Assembly: GCA_017554405.1 (NCBI GenBank)
Contig: JAFZIK010000016.1
Span: 2,699-66,698 of the forward strand
Direction of reading: 5' to 3'
Source: Clostridia bacterium
GTDB taxonomy: Bacteria > Bacillota > Clostridia > Oscillospirales > Acutalibacteraceae
Length of the DNA stretch: 64,000 bases
A model generated the notes under the pieces. The model ran no database searches. It saw only the letters and a list, made by a program, of their open reading frames with translations, and was not told the DNA's origin. Position numbers and translations under genes: made by a program. Positions 26,743 through 37,184 of the stretch are shown here, piece by piece. Positions within the stretch are counted from its first letter, which is position 1, and every line of letters starts with the position of its first letter.

Positions 26743-29240
26743 TATTCGGTATATTCCTCCATAATAAACGCCTCGAACTGGTCGCCGAGCTTGATATCCG
26801 AGAACTTATCGAGACCTATGCCGCATTCGTAGCCCTGCGCCACTTCCTTAACGTCATCCTTGAACCGGCGAAGCGAGGATATGGCGTCCTCTGCGATAAC
26901 GATACCGTCGCGTATTACCCTTATCTTGCAGGCGCGGGATACCTTGCCGTTCGTAACGTAACAACCGGCGATGGTGCCCACGTTCGATATCTTGTAGGTA
27001 TCGCGGACCTCGACCGTGCCGAGTATGTTTTCGCGGAACTTCGGCGCCAGCATACCCTTCATAGCCGCCTCGATCTCCTCTATGCAGTCATAGATAACGC
27101 GATAGGTGCGGATGTCAACGCCGTCACGCTCGGCGGCGGCTTTGGCTACGCTGTCCGGTCGGACGTTGAAGCCCACTATTATCGCGCCGGAGGTCTGAGC
27201 CAGCATAACGTCGGATTCGTTTATGGCGCCTACGCCGCCGTGAATGGCAACCACCTTGACCTCATCGTTTGAAAGCTTTTCAAGACTGGTCTTGACCGCT
27301 TCAACGCTGCCCTGAACGTCGGCTTTGATAATAACGCTGAGCTGTTTCAGTTCACCCTCGCTGAGCTGACTGAACAGATTATCGAGCGTGACCTTTTCCT
27401 TTGCCTCGAACAGTTCGTTTTTGGCTTTATCCTTACGCTGTTCAACAAGCTCGCGGGCAAGGCGCTCATCCGAAACGGCGTCAAAACTGTCACCCGCGGC
27501 GGGAGCCTCGGCAAGACCGGTTATCTCGACCGGAACAGAAGGACCGGCGGATTTTACCTGTTTGCCGTTTTCATCGGTCATCATACGCACTCTGCCTACG
27601 GCGGTGCCGGCAACAATGATATCGCCGGAGTTGAGCGTGCCGTTCTGAACGAGAAGCGTGGCAACGGGGCCTCTGCCCTTATCAAGGCGGGCTTCGATAA
27701 CAACGCCCTTTGCCTTACGGTCGGGATTAGCTTTAAGCTCAAGCATTTCGGCAACAAGCAGAACGCTTTCAAGCAGTTTATCTATACCCTCGTGGGTTTT
27801 TGCCGATACCGGAACGCAGATTATATCGCCGCCCCATTCCTCCGGCACAAGGGAGTGCTCGGTAAGCTGCTGGAGTATCCTGTCGGGGTTGGCGTCCGGC
27901 TTATCCATTTTGTTTATTGCAACTACTATCTGTATGTTTGCCGCCTTGGCGTGGTTTATTGCCTCTATGGTCTGGGGCATGATACCGTCATCCGCGGCAA
28001 CAACGAGTATAGCGATATCGGTAGCCATGGCGCCGCGCTGGCGCATGGCGGTAAACGCCGCGTGACCTGGGGTATCGAGGAAGGTTATATCCTCGCCCTT
28101 GCATTTAACGCGATATGCGCCGATATGCTGGGTTATGCCGCCCGCCTCGGTATCGGTAACGGCGGTGTTGCGGATGGCGTCAAGAAGCGAAGTTTTGCCG
28201 TGGTCAACGTGACCCATAACGACTACTACCGGGCTTCTCGGCTTAAGGTCTTCCGCCTTATCCTCGGTTATATCCATTATCTTTTCTTCGATGGTCACTA
28301 CCACCGCTTTCTGGATCTTGGCGCCCATTTCGGTCACCACTATCTCGGCGGTATCGTAATCTATCACCTGATTGACCGAAGCCATCATACCGAGCTTCAT
28401 AAGCTCCTTTATGACCTCGGCGGCGGTCTTCTTGAGCGCGGCGGCAAGCTCGCCTACCGTTATCTCATCGCCGACCGTTACGGTTATAGGTGTTTTCTTT
28501 ATGCGTTCAAGCTGAAGTCTTCTGAGTTTATCCGCCTCGGTCTCGCGCTTGGCGCCCTGCGGACGGCGGTAATCCTGCGATTTTTGCTTGATCTTCTGCT
28601 TGCGCGTGTAGTTATCGCGCATGGTGTTCGCCGGCGCGATGGTCTCGTATTTTTCGTTATACTTATCTATGTTTACGTTGGATACGCGGGTATCAACGTG
28701 CCTTAGCTGCGCGGGACCGCGGTTGGGAGCCACGCCCGGCTTTTTCTCCTTTTTAGGCGGCGCCACCAAAGGTCCGTCATACGGTTTTTCAGCAACTTCC
28801 GGCTTTGCCTTTTCGGTCTTTGGCGCCTTTTCTGCCTTTTCGATCTTTTTCGCGGCGGTCTGCTTTGCCGGTTTGGCTTCCGTTGCCGCTTTTTCGGTCC
28901 TATCACCGGCGGGGGCTTTTTTGGCCTCCTTGGCGGCTTCCGCCGCCGCCTTCAGCTGCTCGAGTATAGCCATCTGATCGGCAAGCTTTTTATCCCGCTC
29001 CGCCTTGCGGCGCTGGGCCGCGGCGGCACGGCTCTGCTCGCCGGTGGCAAAATACTCCTTAAAGCTTTTGACCGTGTGTTTCTTTGTTATATAATCGAAC
29101 ACCAGCGCTATTTCGATCTCGTTAAGCGTTGTTGCCGATTTGCGTTCCTCGCCGGTTATATCCTTCACTATGGCTACAATATCCTTTGAAGCCATACCGA
29201 AATCCTTTGCCAGTTCGGTTATTTTATATTTATTCGTCAT
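26742..29240 (-). CDS. infB: Translation initiation factor IF-2
   Basis: GTPase motifs [13 protein letters not shown] and NKMD, with a Lys/Ala/Glu-rich N-terminal region. 832 aa. Confidence 0.95.
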   Translation of the reverse strand: MTNKYKITELAKDFGMASKDIVAIVKDITGEERKSATTLNEIEIALVFDYITKKHTVKSFKEYFATGEQSRAAAAQRRKAERDKKLADQMAILEQLKAAAEAAKEAKKAPAGDRTEKAATEAKPAKQTAAKKIEKAEKAPKTEKAKPEVAEKPYDGPLVAPPKKEKKPGVAPNRGPAQLRHVDTRVSNVNIDKYNEKYETIAPANTMRDNYTRKQKIKQKSQDYRRPQGAKRETEADKLRRLQLERIKKTPITVTVGDEITVGELAAALKKTAAEVIKELMKLGMMASVNQVIDYDTAEIVVTEMGAKIQKAVVVTIEEKIMDITEDKAEDLKPRSPVVVVMGHVDHGKTSLLDAIRNTAVTDTEAGGITQHIGAYRVKCKGEDITFLDTPGHAAFTAMRQRGAMATDIAILVVAADDGIMPQTIEAINHAKAANIQIVVAINKMDKPDANPDRILQQLTEHSLVPEEWGGDIICVPVSAKTHEGIDKLLESVLLVAEMLELKANPDRKAKGVVIEARLDKGRGPVATLLVQNGTLNSGDIIVAGTAVGRVRMMTDENGKQVKSAGPSVPVEITGLAEAPAAGDSFDAVSDERLARELVEQRKDKAKNELFEAKEKVTLDNLFSQLSEGELKQLSVIIKADVQGSVEAVKTSLEKLSNDEVKVVAIHGGVGAINESDVMLAQTSGAIIVGFNVRPDSVAKAAAERDGVDIRTYRVIYDCIEEIEAAMKGMLAPKFRENILGTVEVRDTYKISNVGTIAGCYVTNGKVSRACKIRVIRDGIVIAEDAISSLRRFKDDVKEVAQGYECGIGLDKFSDIKLGDQFEAFIMEEYTE

Positions 29241-29282
29241 TCTATTACCTCCGCGAATACATATCAGATTTCAGATACCGGA

Positions 29283-29591
29283 TTAAAGGTTTGAAATTAT
29301 GGGGGCGGTGAAGGAATCATCGGTCACCGCTACTACCGCACAGCTTCTGCCCACGCCCTTTGAAAGCATTTCCATACTTATTCCGTTAAGCGCGAATGCG
29401 CGAACACCGTTTTTTTCACACTGGAAAAGTATCTCTTTACGACTTTTTTCCGAAATATCGTTTGCATAGAAAACGCTTTTTGCCCTGTGGCGCCGGACCG
29501 CTTCGGCCGTCCTTGCCGCGCCGAACGCGAGAGCGCCCGCCTTTGAAGCAAATCCGAGCAGTGTTAAGACCTTGTTATTCACCCGTTTCAC
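29283..29591 (-). CDS. ylxQ: L7Ae/L30e-family RNA-binding protein YlxQ
   Basis: Motif LLGFASKAGALAFG, in the conserved position between ylxR and infB. The start is uncertain (GTG 29591 or 29582). The track ORF start at 29639 looks over-extended. Confidence 0.7.
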   Translation of the reverse strand: MKRVNNKVLTLLGFASKAGALAFGAARTAEAVRRHRAKSVFYANDISEKSRKEILFQCEKNGVRAFALNGISMEMLSKGVGRSCAVVAVTDDSFTAPIISNL

Positions 29592-29844
29592 ACTCTCTTT
29601 TGAGCCGCTCGTAAACCTCGGCGCCGACCTCGGTCTCAAGCGCGCGGCCGAGGGCGTTTGCCTTCTCGGCTTTATTTATACATTCGGTGCTTTTGCAGAT
29701 ATACGCGCCTCTGCCGTTTGCTTTGGCGGCGGCAGGCGCCGCGATCTCACCCTCGGGCGTTTTTACCACCCGCATCAGTTCGATCTTCGGTTTCATCTGC
29801 CTGCAGGCGACGCACATTCTTAAAGGTATCTTTTTTGCCGACAA
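29575..29844 (-). CDS. ylxR: YlxR/RnpM family (DUF448) RNA-binding protein
   Basis: Signature RMCVACRQMKPK..L.R, directly after nusA. Confidence 0.85.
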   Translation of the reverse strand: MSAKKIPLRMCVACRQMKPKIELMRVVKTPEGEIAAPAAAKANGRGAYICKSTECINKAEKANALGRALETEVGAEVYERLKRECETGE

Positions 29845-29868
29845 ATCGCTGTCTCTCCCCTGTATTTA

Positions 29869-30954
29869 TTACTCTCCGAAAAATCCGCTTTCGGGATGGA
29901 TATCTATTTTCCAACCGGTCAGGTTTGCCGCAAGGCAAACGTTCTGTCCCTTATTGCCGATAGCAAGCGATAACTGCGCTTCGGGCACGCTGACCTTGCA
30001 CATCTTCTTTTCCGGATCGGTTATCTCTACCGATACCACCTTTGCCGGAGAAAGCGCGCCGCTTATAAATTCTACCGGGTCATCGCTGTATTTGATTATA
30101 TCGATCTTTTCACCGGCAAGCTCTTCAACTATGGCGTTAACGCGCGCGCCCTTGGGACCTATGCAGGCGCCGATCGCGTCGATATCCGGATTCTCGGAAT
30201 AAACCGCCATTTTGGTTCTTGATCCCGCCTGGCGGGCGATGCCCTTTATCTCTATAACGCCATCGAATATCTCGGGGACCTCGGTTTCAAAAAGGCGCTT
30301 TACAAGACCCGGATGCGTGCGCGAGAGCATAACTCTCGGGCCGCGGTCGGTATCCTTTACGTTAACGATATAAACCTTGATATGATCGCCCTCGTGAAGC
30401 TCCTCGCCCGGCACCTGCTCGATCTTCGGCAGGGTCGCCTCGTTATGACCTATCTTCAGTATGGCGTTGCCGGTTTTGGGATCGATGCGTTCGATATGCG
30501 CGGTAACGAGCTCGCGGTTTTTGCTCTGGAAATCGGCAAGCAGCTGATCCTTTTCAGCCGCGCGAACGCCCTGGCGGAAATTGTTTTTGGAGTTCTGCGC
30601 AACTATTCTGCCGAACTTTTTGGGGTCGATCTTGATTTTAACAAAGCCCTCTTTAAGCGATTTGGGATCGATCTTCTTCGCCTCCGCCTCGGATACCTGG
30701 GTAAAGGGATTTTCAACCTCTTTAACTATCTCCTTGCGGGCAAAGACCTCGAATATCTCGTTTTCGATATCGATATCGCAAACCACGATATCGTTGCCGC
30801 CGTAATCCTTTCTGCAGGCAACGGTTATCGCCTCGGCGATCTTCTGCGCAATGAATTCGCACGGTATACCGCGCTCCTGCTCCATTGTGCGCAGCGCCTC
30901 AAAAAACTCCTTCATATCCTTTTTTTCTTTTGCTGTGATCCTTGTTTTAGCCAT
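29869..30954 (-). CDS. nusA: Transcription termination/antitermination factor NusA
   Basis: An N-terminal domain, S1 and two KH domains (GACIGPKGARV, AIGNKGQN). Confidence 0.95.
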   Translation of the reverse strand: MAKTRITAKEKKDMKEFFEALRTMEQERGIPCEFIAQKIAEAITVACRKDYGGNDIVVCDIDIENEIFEVFARKEIVKEVENPFTQVSEAEAKKIDPKSLKEGFVKIKIDPKKFGRIVAQNSKNNFRQGVRAAEKDQLLADFQSKNRELVTAHIERIDPKTGNAILKIGHNEATLPKIEQVPGEELHEGDHIKVYIVNVKDTDRGPRVMLSRTHPGLVKRLFETEVPEIFDGVIEIKGIARQAGSRTKMAVYSENPDIDAIGACIGPKGARVNAIVEELAGEKIDIIKYSDDPVEFISGALSPAKVVSVEITDPEKKMCKVSVPEAQLSLAIGNKGQNVCLAANLTGWKIDIHPESGFFGE

Positions 30955-30975
30955 TTTTTGTTTTCCCTCCGAAAA

Positions 30976-31428
30976 TCAGTCTTGATATTCAATATATGCT
31001 TTTGCTATTTTTGAACGGTCCAAAGGCATTCTGCCCTCATCGGTTATAAGATACAACCCGTCTTTATCGGCTTCAAGCGTTCCGGAAAACTCCTTTTTGC
31101 CCGAAACCGCGCTGAAGAACTTTACCGTTACCCTTTTGCCCGCCGAGGCGGTATAGTGCCAATCGCGGGTAAGCTCACGCTCGACCCCCGGCGAACACAC
31201 CTCAAGATAATACTGCTTATCTATCGGGTCCGCTTCGTCTATTATCGGGTCTATCGCGTGGGAAACGGCAACGCAATCGTCAATGGTCACTCCCGACTCC
31301 TTATCGATATAGATCCTCAGATAATAGGAAGCGCCCTCCTTTACAAAGCGCACGTCCCAAAGGGTAACTCCGAGCGACAGAACGGTATCTTCGATAAGCG
31401 AGTATACCGTATCGGCAATTTTAGCCAT
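30976..31428 (-). CDS. rimP: Ribosome maturation factor RimP
   Basis: Motif YYLRIYID and an SH3-like C-terminal domain. ATG 31428 follows the RBS GGAGGTAAAAG. The longer track ORF runs through a terminator hairpin. Confidence 0.9.
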   Translation of the reverse strand: MAKIADTVYSLIEDTVLSLGVTLWDVRFVKEGASYYLRIYIDKESGVTIDDCVAVSHAIDPIIDEADPIDKQYYLEVCSPGVERELTRDWHYTASAGKRVTVKFFSAVSGKKEFSGTLEADKDGLYLITDEGRMPLDRSKIAKAYIEYQD

Positions 31429-31454
31429 ATCTTTTACCTCCGAAAACAGAACCA

Positions 31455-31487
31455 CCAAACAAAAGTGAGTGGGAACACCCACTCACC
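31455..31487 (-). terminator. Intrinsic terminator/attenuator in the rimP-nusA leader
   Basis: On the minus strand: GTGAGTGGG, a tgtt loop, CCCACTCAC, then TTTTGTTTGG. It lies between the putative promoter (31536-31509) and the rimP RBS. Confidence 0.6.
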
Positions 31488-31508
31488 TTTCTGAATCCTA
31501 CAATAGGT

Positions 31509-31536
31509 ATTATAACATATAATATTATAAAATCAA
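31509..31536 (-). promoter_or_regulatory. Sigma-A-type promoter upstream of rimP
   Basis: On the minus strand: TTGATT (31536-31531), a 16-nt spacer, then TATAAT (31514-31509). Confidence 0.45.
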
Positions 31537-31546
31537 GTATTTTTTG

Positions 31547-33238
31547 TTAATTTTCCTCCGCGGCCTCTTCGATATCGTTTACGTATATCAGTATTTTCAT
31601 CTCAACGTTGATCTTCTGACCGCTTTTAAGGGCGGGATCAAAGTCGTAATCAAGCACTACGCCCGGCGCCTGTGAGTTGATGTTTACCGTCACGGTATCA
31701 ATGTTTTCAAAGCCCGCTTTAAGAAGCATGATTATCGCTTCGCTCTCGGTTTTGCCGATAATATCGGGCACGTTTGTTTCGAAACTGCCGAGGCTGACCG
31801 TAAACTCGATCTCGGTCCCGTATTCTACAGAACTGTTTGCCTCTACCGACTGCTCGCATATCTGACCGCGGGGTATCCTGCTGTTATATTCCTTTCCCTT
31901 TATGGCAAAGGTAAAGTTCTTATACTGATTCGAGTTTACTATTTCAAGATAGGTCTTCTTTGTAAAATCGGGAACGGTATAAAGCTGTTTTTGCTCTGCA
32001 ACGTCCGGGTCAACGTCGCCCTCCTTGACCTGCTCGGTCGTATCGGGTGCCTGGCTTTGCGGCGTATCCGCGGTGTTTCCGGCGCCGTTATCACGGAAAA
32101 GGAAATACCAGGCAAGACCGCCCGCCGCAAGAAGTATGACCGCGGTTATGACCGAGGCTATAACGGCGTATTTTATACCCGAACCGCTCTTTTTCTGTGG
32201 AGTGGGCACCTCCACCTTTGTAGTGGCTGCCGAGGCGCGCTGGGCTTTTCTTATATTCTCCTTGGTCTCGCCGTAGATAAGCTCGTTTTTAAGGGTATCC
32301 ACGTCCTTTGTGCGCATTTCCGGTTTTACCTGCATACCGTTTGCTATCGAAACCAGCACCTGGCGCGGAAGCTCATCCGCAAAATGGGAGGGAATCTTTA
32401 AAGTATCCGCCTTGAGCCGCGATAACGCCTCGGGCGGAACGATACCCGTTATAGTGGTAAGCAGCGTTGCACACATACCGTAAACATCGGTATGACCGCC
32501 AACCTCGCCCACAGAGCCGTTATACTGCTCCGCCGCGGCATAGCCGTCGTTTAAAAACGGGGTGAGGGCGCACTCGCCGCTGCCGTGGACCTTTACCCGT
32601 TTTATCCCGCTTATCGAAACGCCTAAGAGGCGAAGCTTGCCGTCACGGCAGACTATCACCGTATCGGGCGAAACGGCGCCGTGAACGAGCCCCATATCGT
32701 TTATCGCCTTTAAGGTATCTATCAGCGGCAAAAACAGCGGGCGCGCCTGTTCCCAGCGGATTATGCCGCCGCTGCGCTCGATGTAGCTTTTAAGGGTTAT
32801 TCCGGATATGGCGTCGCAAACCGCGTAGGCGGTGGAGTTTTCCTCGAAAACGCTGTATGTGGAAGGCAGGCACGCAAGCGGAAAGCCGATGAATTTTTTG
32901 TTTGTTTCTATAAACTCTATCAGCGCCTCGTTATAGGCGAACTGCGCCTCGCGCGGCACAAACACCGTATTATCGGGGTTTCTCTGCGCCAATCCGGCGG
33001 GGAAAAACTCCTTGATGCTCACCGCCCTGTTTTCGGCGGTATCAAAGCCTAAATAAACGGTGCTCTCGGTATCCGAAAAGAGCGTTTTTCCGATAACGTA
33101 ACGGTCACGGATAATAAACCGTATCGGAAGTTTATCGGGCGCGTTGCTTTTTGAGGAATCCCAGCCGCATAAGCTGCATACGGTCTCGCCGCCGTTATCC
33201 TTCATACATCCCGGGCACAGTCTGTCGGTGTTCACCAT
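31547..33238 (-). CDS. Zinc-ribbon / kinase-like (catalytically degenerate) / TM / two-PASTA membrane protein
   Basis: ATG 33238 follows a GGAGG RBS. There is a CPGC..CSLC zinc ribbon. The kinase fold is retained (VSIKEF, DVYGMCATLL), but HRD is replaced by HGAVSPDT, DFG by LGV, and there is no GxGxxG loop. A TM segment (YAVIASVITAVILLAAGGLAWYF) follows. Two PASTA-like repeats begin at VPDFTKKTY and VPDIIGKTESEA. Confidence 0.75.
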   Translation of the reverse strand: MVNTDRLCPGCMKDNGGETVCSLCGWDSSKSNAPDKLPIRFIIRDRYVIGKTLFSDTESTVYLGFDTAENRAVSIKEFFPAGLAQRNPDNTVFVPREAQFAYNEALIEFIETNKKFIGFPLACLPSTYSVFEENSTAYAVCDAISGITLKSYIERSGGIIRWEQARPLFLPLIDTLKAINDMGLVHGAVSPDTVIVCRDGKLRLLGVSISGIKRVKVHGSGECALTPFLNDGYAAAEQYNGSVGEVGGHTDVYGMCATLLTTITGIVPPEALSRLKADTLKIPSHFADELPRQVLVSIANGMQVKPEMRTKDVDTLKNELIYGETKENIRKAQRASAATTKVEVPTPQKKSGSGIKYAVIASVITAVILLAAGGLAWYFLFRDNGAGNTADTPQSQAPDTTEQVKEGDVDPDVAEQKQLYTVPDFTKKTYLEIVNSNQYKNFTFAIKGKEYNSRIPRGQICEQSVEANSSVEYGTEIEFTVSLGSFETNVPDIIGKTESEAIIMLLKAGFENIDTVTVNINSQAPGVVLDYDFDPALKSGQKINVEMKILIYVNDIEEAAEEN

Positions 33239-33267
33239 AACAACCTCCAAAAGATTTTCTAAACTTA

Positions 33268-33984
33268 TTATACTACCAATGTCAAGTCGCCGTCATCGGC
33301 GGGCGGTATGGGCAAAAGTTTTTTGAAAACGCAGGTGTATCGGTCGGTTATGACCTTATCCTCGTGAAGCGAGCCGAAATACCAGTGTTTGAACTCGCAG
33401 GACCTTCCTATTTCCTCGAAATAGCCGTTTATTTTGTTCGTGTTATCGCTCTCCCCTCGCCTGAGGAGCATCGAGCTTTTAACGAGCGAGGGCGGTTCGT
33501 GGGTGATTATATAGTCTACCTTCAGCCCCGCCTCGTCAAGGACGCGGGCGCCGTCCGCCATTTCCATGGGGGTCGGGTCCTCCTGGCGCCACCAGTTGCC
33601 GAGCGCGAGCCGCATATCCTTATCGGTGCTCTCCCCGCCGCCGAAGGCAAAAAAGGTGTTGCCCTCGATCTTGAATATCTGACCGCGGCAAAGGTGCAGA
33701 AGGTTGCCCTTGATCCTGTGGACCGTTCCGCCGTGCCATACCGTGGAACGGGCGCGGTATATCCTATCGAGGTTATCGTGGGTCCCGTCAACAAACGCGG
33801 TGGTGAATTTTCTGCCGGCAAGATAGTTTATTACTTCCTTTTCCTGCTTATCGCCCGAAAAAATATAACCGAAATCGCCGCATACGATAAGCACGTCGCC
33901 CGCCTTGAGCTTGCGGAATTCCTTATCGTAAAGCCGGCTCAGATCACCGTGCATATCCCCGGTCACGTAAACCAATTTTCTCAC
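33268..33984 (-). CDS. Calcineurin-like metallophosphoesterase
   Basis: Motifs GDMHGD, VCGDFG and DGTHDN. GTG start. It ends 30 nt upstream of the pseudokinase gene. Confidence 0.75.
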   Translation of the reverse strand: MRKLVYVTGDMHGDLSRLYDKEFRKLKAGDVLIVCGDFGYIFSGDKQEKEVINYLAGRKFTTAFVDGTHDNLDRIYRARSTVWHGGTVHRIKGNLLHLCRGQIFKIEGNTFFAFGGGESTDKDMRLALGNWWRQEDPTPMEMADGARVLDEAGLKVDYIITHEPPSLVKSSMLLRRGESDNTNKINGYFEEIGRSCEFKHWYFGSLHEDKVITDRYTCVFKKLLPIPPADDGDLTLVV

Positions 33985-34067
33985 CGCCGTTTTTTTACTT
34001 TATTTTTTCGAAAAAATGTTGTATAATTATTTCAGATATATTTTAACACATATTGAGGAAGATTTCT

Positions 34068-35393
34068 ATGCCTAAAAAAATAATTTCCGTTTTTTTTGCA
34101 ATTTTGATCGTTTTTATACCCTTTATGGGGGCAAAGGCGTATACGCCGGCGGGGATCGAACTGACCGCCAAAAGCGCCATGCTCGTATCGCTTGATACCG
34201 GCGAAGTGCTTTTTTCCAAAAACGAGGATGAAAGGGTATACCCCGCCTCCATCACCAAAATAGCGGTGGTTACCCTGATACTCGAAAGCCCGCTTTACGA
34301 TCCCGAGGCAAAGATCGCCATGAGCAAAGAGGCGTTGAAGCTTATAAGCGGAACGGGCAGTGTTGTTTCCAACCTTAAGGAGGGCGAGGAAATAAGGCAA
34401 ATAGACCTTATATACTATCTGCTTGTATCCTCCTGCGGGGACTGCGCGTATCTCGCCGCCCTTACCTACGGCGAAACGGTTGAAAACTTTGTTGCCATGA
34501 TGAACGCAAAGGCGGCTGAGCTCGGGCTTACCGGCACCCACTACCAGAACCCGGTGGGGCTTCAGAACGAAGATAATTACACCACCGCAAGGGATACCTA
34601 CACCCTGCTTAATTACGCCCTTAAAAACGAGACCTTCAAGTTGGCTTTTGAAACGGCGAGATATACCGTTCCCGCGACCAATATGCACGGCGATCGCCTT
34701 ATTACTACCACCAACAATCTGCAGAACGCCTCTACCAACTATTATTATTCGTATGCTACCGGCGGCAAGACCGGTTTTACCACCGAGGCGGGAAGATGCC
34801 TTGTGAGCACCGCTTCGTATAACGGCTATAATTATATGTGCCTGCTCTTCGGTTGTGATAACGCCAAGAGCACCAACATCGCTTTTGCGGAAACAAAGGA
34901 GATATTCCGCTGGGCATTCAATAATTTTTCTTTTAAACAGATATCGAATACCGATAGCCCCGTAACCGAGGTAGGCGTTGAGCTTTCCTCAAAAACCGAT
35001 TGCGTGCTGCTTTACGCCGAAGAAAACTGCATATCGGTGCTGCCTACCGACGCGGACGATTCCACGATAAGCATAAAAGTCAATATAGATGAAAATGCGT
35101 CCTTTGACGCCCCTATAAAGAAAGGGCAGGTGCTTGGCACCGCCGATATCATCTACGCAAATCAGGTTATCCGCACGGTCAATCTTGTTTCGCACGATGA
35201 TATAGAAAAGGATTTCCTGCCCACCGTCTGGCGCGGCGTCAAGAACTTTTTGACCTCAAAGTATATGGTGATGATCTACATCGTTATCGGTATTCTTATA
35301 CTGCTGTTCCTGCTTCGCATCTGGCAGCTAAACCGCAAGAAAAAGAGCAAACCGAGGCGCAAGGTAAAGTATATGCCTTACGATGATAAATAA
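34068..35393 (+). CDS. Serine-type D-Ala-D-Ala carboxypeptidase (PBP5/DacB-like) with C-terminal TM anchor
   Basis: A signal peptide, SITK (SxxK), KTGFT (KTG) and a C-terminal TM with a basic tail. ATG 34068 follows the RBS GAGGAA. Confidence 0.85.
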   Translation: MPKKIISVFFAILIVFIPFMGAKAYTPAGIELTAKSAMLVSLDTGEVLFSKNEDERVYPASITKIAVVTLILESPLYDPEAKIAMSKEALKLISGTGSVVSNLKEGEEIRQIDLIYYLLVSSCGDCAYLAALTYGETVENFVAMMNAKAAELGLTGTHYQNPVGLQNEDNYTTARDTYTLLNYALKNETFKLAFETARYTVPATNMHGDRLITTTNNLQNASTNYYYSYATGGKTGFTTEAGRCLVSTASYNGYNYMCLLFGCDNAKSTNIAFAETKEIFRWAFNNFSFKQISNTDSPVTEVGVELSSKTDCVLLYAEENCISVLPTDADDSTISIKVNIDENASFDAPIKKGQVLGTADIIYANQVIRTVNLVSHDDIEKDFLPTVWRGVKNFLTSKYMVMIYIVIGILILLFLLRIWQLNRKKKSKPRRKVKYMPYDDK

Positions 35394-35411
35394 AGCAAAA
35401 ATATATTAAGA

Positions 35412-35454
35412 ACCCGGGCTGTTTTCAATAACGAAAACAGCCCGGGTCTTTTTT
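35412..35454. terminator. Intrinsic terminator between convergent genes
   Basis: A 15-bp stem, ACCCGGGCTGTTTTC and GAAAACAGCCCGGGT, with an aataac loop, then CTTTTTT. Confidence 0.9.
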
Positions 35455-35460
35455 CACTGT

Positions 35461-36399
35461 TTAGTAGATATAATAGTAATCTTTCGCCAATTCGCTCATT
35501 TTCTTAAAAATGCTTGCTCGTTCGGAATCCGATATGGTATTCAGAATACCGTTGATGCTGTTTTTAAGCTTTGAGCCTTTTCCCACGCCCACGGCATATG
35601 TAAAATCATCGACGTTACAACTGAAACCGTTTGAATTGTTTACAAACGCAGTATAGGTTATACTGCCGTTTAATTTGCAATCCATTATGGCAAACGGCTC
35701 CTCTTCTACGTAACCGTCGATCGATCCGTTTAAAAGGTCTTCTAACATTTCATTGTAGCTATAAGAATCCGTTTTTGAAACATTTGGGATCTGCGTAATG
35801 ATATCGTCAAATACCGTTCCGCCAATAGAGGTTATACGGGCGCCCGCCAGATCGGAAACGGTTCTTGCCGAAGCGTAGGCGCTGTCCTTCCTTGTAACAA
35901 CAACAACGTTATAAGTATAATAACTTGAAGTGAAATCAATTACTTCACTTCTCTCTTCCGTCGGAATCATACCCGCAATAATACAGTCAATATCTTTTCT
36001 TGTAACAGCCGGGATTAGATCTGCCCAATCGTATGCGTATATCTCGAGTCTTGCGCCGAGCGCTTTTGCGATTTTCTTTGCAATCTGAACGTCGTAACCG
36101 TTGGCATAACCTGACGCATTGGCGATCTTCACAGCGCCGTCGCTGTCGTCGTTCTGAGTCCAGTTAAACGGAGCCCAATCGCATTCCATGCCTACCTTTA
36201 AAACGTCAACGGTCGCCGTTTTAGCCGGTTGCGCCGTCTCACCGCTGTCGACACCGTATCCCGTTTCGAAGGGATCTTCCTCGACCTCCGAAAAGGGGTC
36301 TTCGTCTTTTTGCCCATTCAGATCATCCTCGGTATAGTCTCCGCAAGCGGCAACAAAGAGGAACAAAACGGAAAACAACACAGCAAATATTCTTTTCAT
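35461..36399 (-). CDS. Amino-acid ABC transporter substrate-binding lipoprotein (family 3), with a long acidic linker
   Basis: A lipobox (LFVAAC-GD), then an acidic linker of about 45 aa (EDDLNGQKDEDPFSEVEEDPFE), then an SBP_bac_3-like fold. It is a paralog of the 37992 gene and shares the blocks KVGMEC.WAPFNWTQ and GYANGYDVQ.AKKIA. Confidence 0.8.
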   Translation of the reverse strand: MKRIFAVLFSVLFLFVAACGDYTEDDLNGQKDEDPFSEVEEDPFETGYGVDSGETAQPAKTATVDVLKVGMECDWAPFNWTQNDDSDGAVKIANASGYANGYDVQIAKKIAKALGARLEIYAYDWADLIPAVTRKDIDCIIAGMIPTEERSEVIDFTSSYYTYNVVVVTRKDSAYASARTVSDLAGARITSIGGTVFDDIITQIPNVSKTDSYSYNEMLEDLLNGSIDGYVEEEPFAIMDCKLNGSITYTAFVNNSNGFSCNVDDFTYAVGVGKGSKLKNSINGILNTISDSERASIFKKMSELAKDYYYIY

Positions 36400-36446
36400 A
36401 CAGATTTCACCTTAAAGCAAATATTTGTTAAAATTTATATCAAGTA

Positions 36447-37184
36447 TCACTGATTGAGGAAGCGTGAAAGGAAGTTCTTTGTTTCCTCGCGTTTCGGGTT
36501 GCCGAAAACGTCCGCCGGGGTGCCCTGCTCGCAGATGTAGCCGTCGTTCATAAACACAACGCGGTCGCTTACGTCGCGGGCGAAAGCCATTTCGTGGGTG
36601 ACCACCATCATGGTCATACCGGATTCCGAAAGCCGCTTCATGACCGAAAGCACCTCACCCACCATTTCGGGATCGAGAGCGCTTGTGGGCTCATCAAAAA
36701 GTATTACCTCCGGGTCCATTGCAAGGGCGCGTGCTATCGCCACGCGCTGCTTCTGCCCACCCGAAAGCTGGCGGGGTTTGGCGTTTATATAGGGCGTCAT
36801 ACCGACCTTTTCAAGGTATTCCATCGCCTTCGCTTTTGCGGCGCCCTTATCGCGCCCGAGCACGGTGGTCTGACCTATTATGCAGTTCTGAAGCGCGTTC
36901 AGGTTATCAAAAAGGTTGAAGGACTGGAAGACCATTCCCACCCTTGCGCGATACTGCGAAACGTCGAGCTCGGTCTGGATGTTTTCCCCGTGAAAAAGGA
37001 TCTCGCCGCCGGTGGGCGTTTCAAGCAGATTAACGCAGCGAAGCAGGGTGCTTTTACCCGATCCGGAAGAACCGATAATGCTGACCGTTTCGCCCTTGGA
37101 TATCGAAAAATCGATATCTTTAAGCACGTCGTTATCACCGAAAGCTTTTTTCAGATGCTTTATTTCTATAACTTTTTCAGGCAT
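36447..37184 (-). CDS. Polar amino-acid ABC transporter ATP-binding protein
   Basis: Walker A (GSSGSGKST), LSGGQKQR and Walker B ([11 protein letters not shown]). GlnQ/HisP-like size. Confidence 0.9.
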   Translation of the reverse strand: MPEKVIEIKHLKKAFGDNDVLKDIDFSISKGETVSIIGSSGSGKSTLLRCVNLLETPTGGEILFHGENIQTELDVSQYRARVGMVFQSFNLFDNLNALQNCIIGQTTVLGRDKGAAKAKAMEYLEKVGMTPYINAKPRQLSGGQKQRVAIARALAMDPEVILFDEPTSALDPEMVGEVLSVMKRLSESGMTMMVVTHEMAFARDVSDRVVFMNDGYICEQGTPADVFGNPKREETKNFLSRFLNQ

